Positions 1-8,655 of a stretch of 64,000 nt of DNA are shown here, one piece after another; positions within the stretch are counted from its first letter, which is position 1, and each line of letters opens with the position of its first letter. The position numbers and the translations under genes were made by a program. This DNA is from a virus (taxonomy: Duplodnaviria; Caudoviricetes): the IMG/VR virus record IMGVR_UViG_3300033463_000104, positions 3,819-67,818 of that record; one strand, written 5' to 3'. The notes under the pieces are model-generated. The model was not told where the DNA came from. It did not search any database and saw only the letters and a list, made by a program, of their open reading frames with translations.

Positions 1-21
1 ATAAATCCACTTACAAGAGAA

Positions 22-411
22 GTGACTATGACGGAAGAAGAATGTCATAAACGTATTGCTGACGATAGCAAAATGGTGGAGGATGACTTCGAGAAGGAAT
101 ACATGGCATTTATGAACTCTGAGGAGTTTCTGAACGCTGGAAACAAAAAAGCCTATATGCTTGCCCGCCACTTCGCGGAATGGCAGAGAAAGCAAGACCA
201 AGAAACCATTGAACTTGCCGAAGATCATGCCATGCTGGCAGGAATGAACAAAGAAAGAGAGGAATTGATGAAGGGAGCGGTAGAAGGCGAAGTCTATAAA
301 AATGGTTCCGAGTACTTCGTTGCGTCCGATTTCTTTCCCATTATTTACGGAATAAAAGACAAGCAAAAAGTAAAACTTATCATAATCCCAAACGATGAGC
401 AAACTAACTGA
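22..411 (+). CDS. hypothetical phage protein
   Basis: 129-aa ORF in an overlapping plus-strand gene chain; GTG/ATG start uncertain. Confidence 0.7.
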   Translation: MTMTEEECHKRIADDSKMVEDDFEKEYMAFMNSEEFLNAGNKKAYMLARHFAEWQRKQDQETIELAEDHAMLAGMNKEREELMKGAVEGEVYKNGSEYFVASDFFPIIYGIKDKQKVKLIIIPNDEQTN

Positions 412-697
412 TTTTGAATTAGCAATAGCCGAGTATATGTGGCCTCTGTCCGATGTTGATGAACTTATGGAACTTATGGAAGACGAAAAGTACCGAAACT
501 TAGCCCAACGTGAAGCGAGGACAATACTTTCCCTCGCAAAGAAGGAGCTACTAAAAGATGCGGTGAAAGGAGAAGTCGTGAAGGACATCCACTGCGCCCT
601 CATAGCCAAAGGAGAAAAGGCCATATCGTACAACGACTTAGCGCGAAAGGCCATCAACATGGCCGATGCGCTGATTGGAGAACTGAAACGAGAATGA
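395..697 (+). CDS. hypothetical phage protein
   Basis: 100-aa ORF overlapping both neighbours. Confidence 0.75.
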   Translation: MSKLTDFELAIAEYMWPLSDVDELMELMEDEKYRNLAQREARTILSLAKKELLKDAVKGEVVKDIHCALIAKGEKAISYNDLARKAINMADALIGELKRE

Positions 698-1098
698 GAG
701 GATCCCCAACAAATTGGACTGACGAGATGCTTCAGCGGCTTCGCGAGGAGTACCCCGTCCGCTACAACCGAGAACTGTCACGCGACCTTGGGGTGTCCGT
801 CCGGTCGCTCATCCGCAAGGCGCGGGAACTTGGCGTCAGGAAGGAGGACCGCTTCATAGAGAAGCGCATGGCCGAAATAGAGAAGATGGCCAACAGTGCG
901 GCAAAAAAGTCGAAACGGCCCAACATGAAAGGACGTCACCTTAACCCGGCCGGCGAGTTCAAACCTGGGCATAAGGAGAGCGCCGAGACGAAGAGGCGCA
1001 GGATTGCCGCGCTCAAAGATACAGCATACCGTGAGAAAGTCCGGCTGAAATACGGTCTGCCGAGAAAGACAAAGTGGCCAGTAAAAGATTCCTTGTAG
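694..1098 (+). CDS. basic HTH/Myb-like DNA-binding protein
   Basis: WTDEMLQRLREEYP...ELSRDLGVSVRSLIRKARELGV HTH-like pattern; ATGA overlap with the upstream gene. Confidence 0.65.
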   Translation: MRGSPTNWTDEMLQRLREEYPVRYNRELSRDLGVSVRSLIRKARELGVRKEDRFIEKRMAEIEKMANSAAKKSKRPNMKGRHLNPAGEFKPGHKESAETKRRRIAALKDTAYREKVRLKYGLPRKTKWPVKDSL

Positions 1099-1117
1099 GA
1101 ATATTACGAAAATTAAT

Positions 1118-1125
1118 TATCTTTG
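1118..1125 (+). promoter_or_regulatory. Bacteroidota -7 promoter element (TAnnTTTG)
   Basis: TATCTTTG 4 nt upstream of the ATG at 1130. Confidence 0.6.
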
Positions 1126-1129
1126 TCAC

Positions 1130-1807
1130 ATGAAGTTCTCCGTGATTATTCCCTGTTACAATATGGCCGGATACATTGCCGGCTGTATCGATAGTGTCCT
1201 CCGTCAGACGTTCAGGTCTTTTGAAATCATCGTTGTCGACGACGGCTCCAGCGATAATAGCGTGGAGGTGGCCTGCGGGAAATTGAGGGGTTTCGATGAT
1301 ATCTATGTCAAGAGAAACTCGGGTCCAGCGGACGCAAGGAACCTCGCGATATGCAATGCGGCGGGTGAATGGATCGTTCCGCTTGACGCGGATGACCGGC
1401 TGACACCGGATGCGTTGTACGAGTTTGCGTTGGCCATTAACGCCAATCCGGACGCCACGCTCATCGTCCCCCAGGTACACCGACAGGGCAACGGCGTTGA
1501 TGTCGTACGGAAGCATAAATGGCGGGGATACGACCAGCTGCTACAACAAAACTTCCTTCCGAATTCATGCTGCTACCGCCGAGACGCCGCAATGGCCATC
1601 AACGGCTACCGTAACGGCACAATGTACGAGGACTGGGAATTTTGGATTAGGCTTCTCTATCCGGAGGACAGGAAAGTTATTAACATCCCGAAGGTGCTGG
1701 TCGAATATACGGTCCGGCCGGACTCGCGCTGCCACGAGGCGGATAAACATTATCAAGAAGAATGTGCGAAAATAAGACGAATGAATCCGAAGATCTACGA
1801 TCTCTGA
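1130..1807 (+). CDS. glycosyltransferase family 2 (GT-A)
   Basis: FSVIIPCYN, EIIVVDDGSSD, ARN, PLDADD and EDWEFW motifs. Confidence 0.92.
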   Translation: MKFSVIIPCYNMAGYIAGCIDSVLRQTFRSFEIIVVDDGSSDNSVEVACGKLRGFDDIYVKRNSGPADARNLAICNAAGEWIVPLDADDRLTPDALYEFALAINANPDATLIVPQVHRQGNGVDVVRKHKWRGYDQLLQQNFLPNSCCYRRDAAMAINGYRNGTMYEDWEFWIRLLYPEDRKVINIPKVLVEYTVRPDSRCHEADKHYQEECAKIRRMNPKIYDL

Positions 1808-1956
1808 GGGAGCAGGTCGAAGAATATATATTTCAGGCGATCGCCGAATTCGAGGATGTAACCGGCGAGACGGTCACCGGCATCGATGTGTTACATCACA
1901 GGCCGATAGGTTTCGGCAGGACGCCCTACATGGAAATTAACCTAATCACCAAATAA
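1762..1956 (+). CDS. hypothetical protein
   Basis: 64-aa ORF filling the gap; start uncertain. Confidence 0.55.
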   Translation: MCENKTNESEDLRSLREQVEEYIFQAIAEFEDVTGETVTGIDVLHHRPIGFGRTPYMEINLITK

Positions 1957-1967
1957 ACCATCACATT

Positions 1968-2369
1968 ATGTCTACATTTATCATCATTGCATGCTGCATC
2001 CTCGCCGTTGTGCTTGCGGCGGAAATCTACGCAGCCGTCCGGATTGTCCGTAAAGAAAAATCCATGCAGCTCAAATGTCAAGAGCTTACGACTCGGGAAA
2101 AAAATCTCCAGAAGCGCCAAAACGATCTTGACAACTGGGAACACCAGATCAAGGGAGACGTTAAGAGCATGAAATCCTACGAGCATTTTGAGAAGGTGAC
2201 CATCGCTGCCGACAATAACCCGTCGAAGAAGAAGGCCCGGAAACTTCTTGCTTCAAAGTTTGGGTATGACGTCATTGACCTTATCAAGATTCACGAAACA
2301 AAGCACGAGGACGGATCGGCGACCTATGCTGCGGTTTTTAGTTTCAATTACAAGGAGGGCGCCCGATGA
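1968..2369 (+). CDS. membrane-anchored coiled-coil protein
   Basis: N-terminal hydrophobic helix followed by a coiled-coil segment. Confidence 0.7.
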   Translation: MSTFIIIACCILAVVLAAEIYAAVRIVRKEKSMQLKCQELTTREKNLQKRQNDLDNWEHQIKGDVKSMKSYEHFEKVTIAADNNPSKKKARKLLASKFGYDVIDLIKIHETKHEDGSATYAAVFSFNYKEGAR

Positions 2370-2557
2370 AAATCTTCGATCCAAAGGCGCGTACCAGGCG
2401 CAAAAACTACAAGGCCGAGCGCATGAGCAGGCTTCGCTGTGAGGTGCTTGGATGGATGCAGGAATACGAGCACGCCAAGACAGCTCGCCACAGAAATACC
2501 TGCATGGACGCGATTCAGATGAACCTCAGAAAATACGAGTGGTATGGAAATCGGTAG
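2366..2557 (+). CDS. hypothetical protein
   Basis: ATGA overlap; 63 aa. Confidence 0.6.
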   Translation: MKIFDPKARTRRKNYKAERMSRLRCEVLGWMQEYEHAKTARHRNTCMDAIQMNLRKYEWYGNR

Positions 2558-2846
2558 CACAATGCAGCAGATCCGCACCGAGCAGCACTTGACGCGGAAG
2601 GAGATGGCTGCAAAGATCGGTATCACCGCTGGCGCCCTCTGGAAAGTAGAGGCCGGACGCACAACCGCAAAGCAGCAGACCATCCAGAGATTTCTCGAGG
2701 CGACCGGCGTCTCTAGGGCCGAGTTCTATCTGAGGTCGATTAATCCGGAAGATGATATCCCGCAACATGACTATCTCCCCACAGATATCATGGATATCAT
2801 CGCACTGGCTATTAACAAACTTTACAGACACAGGAGATATGACTGA
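2544..2846 (+). CDS. XRE-family HTH transcriptional regulator
   Basis: IRTEQHLTRKEMAAKIGITAGALWKVEAGRT. Confidence 0.85.
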   Translation: MEIGSTMQQIRTEQHLTRKEMAAKIGITAGALWKVEAGRTTAKQQTIQRFLEATGVSRAEFYLRSINPEDDIPQHDYLPTDIMDIIALAINKLYRHRRYD

Positions 2847-3024
2847 AGAACAAGCTAAGAAAGCCGTGAACGGCTCATTCCAGATGGCGGCAGAACGCGA
2901 TCCGGAATTTTCATCCGCGCTGCTCGCATGGGCAGAAACACACGGATACACCGAAAACCTTCAAAACTTTCTGGCGGTCGCAATCGCCGTGGTGATTTCA
3001 AGGCTTGACCCGCAGCAGGAATAA
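2839..3024 (+). CDS. hypothetical protein
   Basis: MTEEQAKKAV start after GGAG; last plus-strand gene before the terminator. Confidence 0.6.
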   Translation: MTEEQAKKAVNGSFQMAAERDPEFSSALLAWAETHGYTENLQNFLAVAIAVVISRLDPQQE

Positions 3025-3027
3025 GAG

Positions 3028-3062
3028 AAGCCCCTCCCGAACCGCGAACAGGAGGGGCTTTT
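3028..3062. terminator. bidirectional intrinsic terminator between the convergent arms
   Basis: AAGCCCCTCC / GGAGGGGCTT 10-bp stem, T run on plus, A-rich on the other side. Confidence 0.8.
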
Positions 3063-3081
3063 ACCGCGAGCGAAACTTGCC

Positions 3082-3486
3082 TCAGACCTCGCGGCAATGA
3101 TCACATGCCAGATGGCATACTATATCAGACAGTCGTAAAGCCACTTCTCCGGCCAAATAGCAGAGTTTCTCGCTTTCCAGGTCTACTCCGTCAGTCACGC
3201 AGATATCTATTGCGAAATGGCCTAATTCATGGCAAAACGTGGACATGAACTGTCCGCCATCGGTTGTAGGACCGAAATAAACGACGCTTCTTCGCAAAGG
3301 CGGGCTTGAGAAGGTAAATCCTTCGTTCATCATACCTTCTGCCAGATTGGCTGATACGCTATGGAAAACAGAAGCGGGAGCATCGCAGCTGACCAGCTGC
3401 CGATAGATCTCCTCGTCGTCATATCCTCCGGTAGAGAACAGAAAGACACCTTCCCAGCCTGCTATGTTTATCTTACGCCGTATCAT
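3082..3486 (-). CDS. HEXXH-motif protein (putative zinc metallopeptidase)
   Basis: STFCHELGHF motif; C-terminal CHLACDHC. Confidence 0.6.
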   Translation of the reverse strand: MIRRKINIAGWEGVFLFSTGGYDDEEIYRQLVSCDAPASVFHSVSANLAEGMMNEGFTFSSPPLRRSVVYFGPTTDGGQFMSTFCHELGHFAIDICVTDGVDLESEKLCYLAGEVALRLSDIVCHLACDHCREV

Positions 3487-3489
3487 GGC

Positions 3490-3891
3490 CTAAATTACGT
3501 CTTCCCACATGACCGGAACGCCCTTCGCCGAACAGTCCGCAAGGAATCTCGTTAGCGCAACACCCTCGTAGCCGTCCTTGTCGTCGAGGACGTCCTTGAC
3601 ATACTTGGCGAGGTGCGCCTCGTCGGGGACCGAACTTCCGCTGTAATCGCTTAGGCCCATATGCATGACAAAGACCTTGTCGTAGCCGTAGTCATGCTCC
3701 AGTTTCACGCCGTGCGCCTGAAGGATGGCGTCGACCTGCTCCTTTGACCGCATGGCCAGCTTTTCGCCGTTCCTGTCACGCATCATGCCGACGGCCCACT
3801 CGCACATTTTTTTCGAGAAGTGCCACGAATAGTTCGACAGATATGCATCCATTCCGGACGGAAGGATGTCGTAGTAGTCCATTCTTGCCAT
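3490..3891 (-). CDS. conserved-looking hypothetical phage protein
   Basis: 133-aa ORF, tightly packed in the operon. Confidence 0.75.
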   Translation of the reverse strand: MARMDYYDILPSGMDAYLSNYSWHFSKKMCEWAVGMMRDRNGEKLAMRSKEQVDAILQAHGVKLEHDYGYDKVFVMHMGLSDYSGSSVPDEAHLAKYVKDVLDDKDGYEGVALTRFLADCSAKGVPVMWEDVI

Positions 3892-3943
3892 AATTTTCTG
3901 AATTAATGGGGCGGAGCGCAGACCCCGCCCCGGGTTTTACTTT

Positions 3944-4207
3944 TTACATGTAGCGGCCACGCGAGTCGCGGCGCCGGCGTTCATGGTAATCGTCCCACTC
4001 CGGATCGCGACGTCCGTAGCGGTCTTCTTCCCAGTCACGTTCGCGCATACCGTAGTAGCGCTCCCCGTAGCGGGATTCCATTTCCCTTGCGAGTTCCATC
4101 ATCGTGGCTACGCCTTCTTTGGCCATGCGCGCCGCTTCATAGAAAGCCTCGGCGTCACGGTCGGGGTGGTGAGACTTCTCACCGAATCTGTATACGTTCC
4201 AGCCCAT
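3944..4207 (-). CDS. highly charged Arg/Asp/Glu/Tyr-rich hypothetical protein
   Basis: ends ERRRRDSRGRYM. Confidence 0.75.
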   Translation of the reverse strand: MGWNVYRFGEKSHHPDRDAEAFYEAARMAKEGVATMMELAREMESRYGERYYGMRERDWEEDRYGRRDPEWDDYHERRRRDSRGRYM

Positions 4208-4209
4208 GG

Positions 4210-4719
4210 TTATTCCTCCTTTTTCTTGCCCAGGGTCTTCGACAGCATTCCGGAAAGAGCAGCGATCTGGTCGCTCATGCCGGCAAGCTGGCGTTCCAAA
4301 CTTGAAATCCTGTTAGCCTGTTCCTGGTCGTATTTCATCTGCGGGTTCAGGTCGATGAGAAGCTGGTCGCATATCTCGATACGCTTCTGATGGATCGGCA
4401 GCTGTTCGATCGCCGTCTGGCTCGCGCCCCGGATGACGTTGACCTCGTTGATGATCCCTTCCCTCGTCTCGCTGATGATTACGCCGCGGTCCGGGAATTC
4501 GGCGATCGTAGTATTCATCGGGATTCGCGGATAGGTCTCCGTCTTCCCGTCCACCTCGATCGCCAGGTCCACGACTGGACCGTTCCCCGGATTGAGTGGC
4601 TGTTGGAAATTGTATTGTGGATATTGATTGCTGACTTGCGCGACCTTTGCGACGGCAAATCGCGGTTCATTCTTGTAGAGAATGTAAATTGGCGTTCCCG
4701 GCCGAAGTCCTGATAGCAT
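4210..4719 (-). CDS. hypothetical protein with C-terminal coiled coil
   Basis: 169-aa ORF. Confidence 0.75.
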   Translation of the reverse strand: MLSGLRPGTPIYILYKNEPRFAVAKVAQVSNQYPQYNFQQPLNPGNGPVVDLAIEVDGKTETYPRIPMNTTIAEFPDRGVIISETREGIINEVNVIRGASQTAIEQLPIHQKRIEICDQLLIDLNPQMKYDQEQANRISSLERQLAGMSDQIAALSGMLSKTLGKKKEE

Positions 4720-4740
4720 GGTTTTTTTTGTTTTTAAGGG

Positions 4741-5076
4741 TTAGATAATTGGTGATACGGCCTGCAGGATGCCATTGAACCAGTCATAGAAGACGGTGAT
4801 GACGCCTGCGCCGGTGAGATCGGCTGCGGTCACTGCGACGCCGCCGAAAGACGTGAGCGCACGGGTCTGCCCGTTGAGCGTGAACCGGACCGGGAGCGTC
4901 CCGGTCGTTCCGGTCGGAATCGGTTCGGCAATGCGGATCGTGATGTACCCCGCTTTCGGAATGCTCCTGAAGCCGAGGGTAAAGTCCACAGAGTCGGTTC
5001 CGACAGTAACCCCGGTCGTCTGAAGGTAGGGTATGCCCCGCGTGTTCGTCGTTGCAATGTTGACGCAATCACACAT
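4741..5076 (-). CDS. small beta-rich hypothetical protein
   Basis: 111-aa Thr/Val/Gly-rich ORF. Confidence 0.7.
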   Translation of the reverse strand: MCDCVNIATTNTRGIPYLQTTGVTVGTDSVDFTLGFRSIPKAGYITIRIAEPIPTGTTGTLPVRFTLNGQTRALTSFGGVAVTAADLTGAGVITVFYDWFNGILQAVSPII

Positions 5077-5089
5077 GGTACGCTCCTCC

Positions 5090-5965
5090 TTAGAATACGA
5101 GACCGCCGGTGTAATAGCCGCCGGAATACGGGGTGTTGTTCACGGCCACGACGTTGGGATACTGAACCGGAATGGTGTTCGGAATCTTCGCCGCAAGCTC
5201 GGAGATGCGGGCATTCAGCGCGTTGATTCCGGCGTTCAGCTGCAGCGACTGTGCGGCATTGTCGGCCTGGTTGCGAAGCTGGGTGATGATGTCGGCCTGC
5301 GTGTCAATCTTGGACTGCATTTCGCGTTCCTTGACGTCGCAGAAGGACTGGATCATCGTAGCCTTCAGGTCGGCGATGGCGTCTACGTTGCGCTGGCCTG
5401 CACCTGCGATGGCGGTGCTGAGGGTGTTGGTCTGGTTCAGCGTTGCGAGCTGGTTCTGGTAGCCCTGCTCAGCGACAAGCTGCTTCATCTGGCAGCAGCA
5501 CTGACAAAGCTGGCTCTGCATTGCAGCGTCGCCGCTCTGGATGGCGTTGATGACCTGCTGACCCGTGAGACCGAGCTGGCCGGCAAGCGTTGCGATGGCG
5601 CCCTGGATGGTGTTTACGCCAAGACGCAGGCTGTCCACGTCGCCATTGAGCGTGGTGGCCAGGAGCCGTACGTCGGCGTCGGTCCCGTTGATTGCGTTGA
5701 GGATCATCTCCGCGTTTGAGTTCGCAGTCGCCTGTGCGCCGAGGGATGCAGCGGCAGCTCCGTTGCCGCCCTGACCGCCCCAGCCGCCCCAGCCGCCGAA
5801 CAGGCCGGGCACGATCGCGCCGAGAAGTCCACCGAAGAAGGAAGAGCCGAAGCCGTTCCCAAAGAAGCCGTTGTTGCCCCAGCCGTTATTGCCGTAGGCT
5901 AACCATGCCGGAACAGTTCCGCTCTGACCGTCCGGAGTCATGATGATAGTTTTTTCGTCTGCCAT
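5090..5965 (-). CDS. Gly/Trp-rich N-terminus, long coiled coil with CQCCCQ motif; function unknown
   Basis: 291-aa ORF sequence composition. Confidence 0.8.
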   Translation of the reverse strand: MADEKTIIMTPDGQSGTVPAWLAYGNNGWGNNGFFGNGFGSSFFGGLLGAIVPGLFGGWGGWGGQGGNGAAAASLGAQATANSNAEMILNAINGTDADVRLLATTLNGDVDSLRLGVNTIQGAIATLAGQLGLTGQQVINAIQSGDAAMQSQLCQCCCQMKQLVAEQGYQNQLATLNQTNTLSTAIAGAGQRNVDAIADLKATMIQSFCDVKEREMQSKIDTQADIITQLRNQADNAAQSLQLNAGINALNARISELAAKIPNTIPVQYPNVVAVNNTPYSGGYYTGGLVF

Positions 5966-6003
5966 GGTTGTAAGTTTTTATTAGGTTGAACATTTTGGTA
6001 GTA

Positions 6004-6011
6004 CAAAAGTA
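6004..6011 (-). promoter_or_regulatory. TAnnTTTG promoter element for the 5965-3082 block
   Basis: TACTTTTG on minus, 38 nt before the ATG. Confidence 0.55.
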
Positions 6012-6091
6012 CAACCAAGCAACCCGAAGCACAGAAGTGCTTCAAATTACTCTTACATCCTTGGCTTTCAGTTAATTATATGTAGCGCAGT

Positions 6092-6418
6092 TTATTTGTC
6101 CTTTTTCCAGCTTTCGGGGACGACCTTTCGGAAGGCGTGGAAAGGATACATGACTTTGCGCTTAGGTTTGGCCACAAGCTTGCGGGCTATCTCGGCACGG
6201 ACCTGACTCTCGGGCTTGTTGTAAAACTTCGCGAAGTCGGAAATCGTTCCGTCGATGTCCATGTTGTTTTGGAGAGCACGAAGGGCAGCATTGACCTCTC
6301 CCATCGTGCATCCGTTCTGGACGCGAAATTTGTAGAAATCAAGAATCTCCAGAAGTTCTTTCTTTGCGTCTATTTCGTTCATTTGGTTTTGGTTTGAGAA
6401 ACACATTATATGCCGCAA
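6092..6418 (-). CDS. hypothetical protein, possibly DNA-binding
   Basis: 108-aa ORF with basic C-terminus; start uncertain. Confidence 0.65.
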   Translation of the reverse strand: MRHIMCFSNQNQMNEIDAKKELLEILDFYKFRVQNGCTMGEVNAALRALQNNMDIDGTISDFAKFYNKPESQVRAEIARKLVAKPKRKVMYPFHAFRKVVPESWKKDK

Positions 6419-6785
6419 TGAGCAGCAGGATTGACATTATTGCAGGGATGCAGATGGCCATGTAGGCCGCAACACTTCCGAGCGGGTAAACATGGTAGTC
6501 GATGAATACGGCAATCTGCGGGAGCAGCGGAAGGGCGCAGGCGCGACGGTGCCATTTGCATAGCTTGAGGATCCTGGACTCGATCAGGAACATGGCGACG
6601 ACCGTCGGCGATACGTAGAAAAGCGTGTCCACAACACGTATCACGTTCTCGCCGGCCGTGACATATAGGATCATGCATAAAATATAAAGCGCAGAATATA
6701 CGAATGGTATAATCTGCGCCGTGAGGGTTATGGCCCTCAGTTTTTCTATGAGATATTTGATCCTGTTAAGGTCGTGGTTGTCCAT
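6339..6785 (-). CDS. multi-pass membrane protein
   Basis: about 4 hydrophobic segments. Confidence 0.7.
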   Translation of the reverse strand: MDNHDLNRIKYLIEKLRAITLTAQIIPFVYSALYILCMILYVTAGENVIRVVDTLFYVSPTVVAMFLIESRILKLCKWHRRACALPLLPQIAVFIDYHVYPLGSVAAYMAICIPAIMSILLLIAAYNVFLKPKPNERNRRKERTSGDS

Positions 6786-6942
6786 TGCTGCTCAGATGCA
6801 CATTCAGCTGGGCCTTGGTCTGAAACACCGGCGTTCCTCCCTTGTTGCCCTTCTTGAACCGTATAACCTGCTTAGCAACAATCGTGCCGCCCCGGCTTTT
6901 TTTCGGGACAACTTTTACACGTATGGATGTTTTTGCCATTTA

Positions 6943-7482
6943 TTAGACCAATGCAGCAATATACACCGCCGCGAACATCGCCATCTCCAACCAGAACACA
7001 TAGTTCTTGTAGGTCTTGGTGAAGTATGCGGCAAGTCCGGTGGCGACGAGAGTGATGGGGATGAGGAACCAGAGGCGGAGTGCGAAGATGAGCCAGCAGA
7101 CGGTTGCCGTGGCGCAAAGTGCGGCTCCGACCTTGTGGATGATTCGTTGGCGTTTGTGGTTCAGTCTGTCAGCCTCATTCTTTTCATCTTCCGGATTTAT
7201 GTCCCAATCAGGGGTAAAGGCCACGACCGCGAGATAGATCGGGGCGAAGAATCCGAGGAATTGGAGCGGGCTTTCGTCTCCGGCTTCCAACATGGCGGGA
7301 ACGAGGAGAAAAGCCACGATTACGGTAACGAGGCTCCAGACGTTCAGATTGTGTATCGGGACGGCCTTTTTCCAGAGTTGGGCGTAGGCCGAGTACGAGT
7401 CCTTCCACCCGAATTTTCGAACGGAGAGTGCGATGAATCCAGCGAAGATGATGAGGCTGGCGAGGGTGGCGAAGATTTTCAT
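6943..7482 (-). CDS. multi-pass membrane protein
   Basis: start reassigned to MKIFATLASL at 7482, 6 nt after the upstream stop; 5-6 hydrophobic segments. Confidence 0.75.
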   Translation of the reverse strand: MKIFATLASLIIFAGFIALSVRKFGWKDSYSAYAQLWKKAVPIHNLNVWSLVTVIVAFLLVPAMLEAGDESPLQFLGFFAPIYLAVVAFTPDWDINPEDEKNEADRLNHKRQRIIHKVGAALCATATVCWLIFALRLWFLIPITLVATGLAAYFTKTYKNYVFWLEMAMFAAVYIAALV

Positions 7483-7487
7483 GGCGC

Positions 7488-8018
7488 TTAGAAGCTGAGT
7501 TTTTCGGGGTACCCTGTCGTGAAATCGTAGGCGTCCACGGTAGAGATGGCCCGCTTCGCGTTGATGGCGTTTCTGTGTCCCTCCGTCACGCCGACGCATT
7601 GCATCGCGTAGAGGTTCACCGCGTCGAGCATCGCAAGGGCGTTGTCCACGGGAATGTTCTGTCCGAGGAACGTCACGGTCTCCACGCCCAGCCGCTTCGC
7701 CCCTTGCAGCGTCAAGATGTAGTTCGCCCGGTCGTCCGGCGCAATCCACATCGACTGACCGCCGAGGGAGAACGAGTTGACCGCATCGGAAAAATCGTAG
7801 GCGGCAAGGGCGGCAAGTTTCTCGGCCTTTGCTTCCGCCAGGGTGCGCTCATGGGGTTCGGGGGGAATGCCATTCAAGACGGCGCGGAATCCTTCGGCAG
7901 ACACGACTTCCGCTTCGGAATAGAACCGTTGGGCGATATCGTTGTAGAGACGGTAGCCAGCCTCCGCCCGAAGACGGAGGAGGCCGTTATCTAATTGAGT
8001 GATAATGATGTGTTCCAT
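7488..8018 (-). CDS. DUF4376-like tail fibre-associated protein
   Basis: AKAEKLAALAAYD.SDAVNSF...VDAYDFTTGYPEKL pattern; downstream of the tail fibre. Confidence 0.75.
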   Translation of the reverse strand: MEHIIITQLDNGLLRLRAEAGYRLYNDIAQRFYSEAEVVSAEGFRAVLNGIPPEPHERTLAEAKAEKLAALAAYDFSDAVNSFSLGGQSMWIAPDDRANYILTLQGAKRLGVETVTFLGQNIPVDNALAMLDAVNLYAMQCVGVTEGHRNAINAKRAISTVDAYDFTTGYPEKLSF

Positions 8019-8021
8019 AAT

Positions 8022-8651
8022 TTACGTTGTTAATGTATTTCCGACGATGAAATTTCCAGAACCGGCGTTCGTGAAGAAATGGCCGGATACGCGGTCGAGC
8101 ATGCCAGGCTCGTTGTCTGATATGCGAACTACCGGAACGAGGTCGATGATACGGATTCCGCCGCGAACGATGGAGAAGGAATATATTTGCACCCCCGTTC
8201 CGACGGCTGATGTATTGTCGTATTTATTCCTAAACAACACAAGAGGCGTAGTATTCGGGTTTCCGGCGGTTGGCGTACCAAACGAAGTTGTAACCCCATC
8301 TACCGTTATCCCGGACCGGCTCATCGTGACTTGATGACGGGTCGCGATAGGGATGTTGGAAATCGTAAACGGGGTACTGGCGGCTTGGTTTATGTTCGCA
8401 TACATTGTTCCGTTGTTCGAGTTCGTGAGAATGAGGCGCGTCGTATTTGTCTGCTCGTTTACATAGTTGGCAAACACAGACCCGTAGGTGGCGAATGTGT
8501 TTATCAAGAAGTCAAACGAGATTACGTCTGAATTATCCGCCGTCACGCCCGTATTGATAAAGGAGTAGCCATCGGTTTTCAAGTATTCAACGCGGATGTA
8601 GGGACTCACGGGAGTCCCCATCATCATCCGCCGTCTTGATAGTGCATCCAT
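8022..8651 (-). CDS. tail fibre-associated beta-sandwich (lectin-like) protein
   Basis: VEYLKTDGYSFINTG...DLVPVVR...GMLDRVSGHFFTNAGSG. Confidence 0.7.
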   Translation of the reverse strand: MDALSRRRMMMGTPVSPYIRVEYLKTDGYSFINTGVTADNSDVISFDFLINTFATYGSVFANYVNEQTNTTRLILTNSNNGTMYANINQAASTPFTISNIPIATRHQVTMSRSGITVDGVTTSFGTPTAGNPNTTPLVLFRNKYDNTSAVGTGVQIYSFSIVRGGIRIIDLVPVVRISDNEPGMLDRVSGHFFTNAGSGNFIVGNTLTT

Positions 8652-8655
8652 AGTC

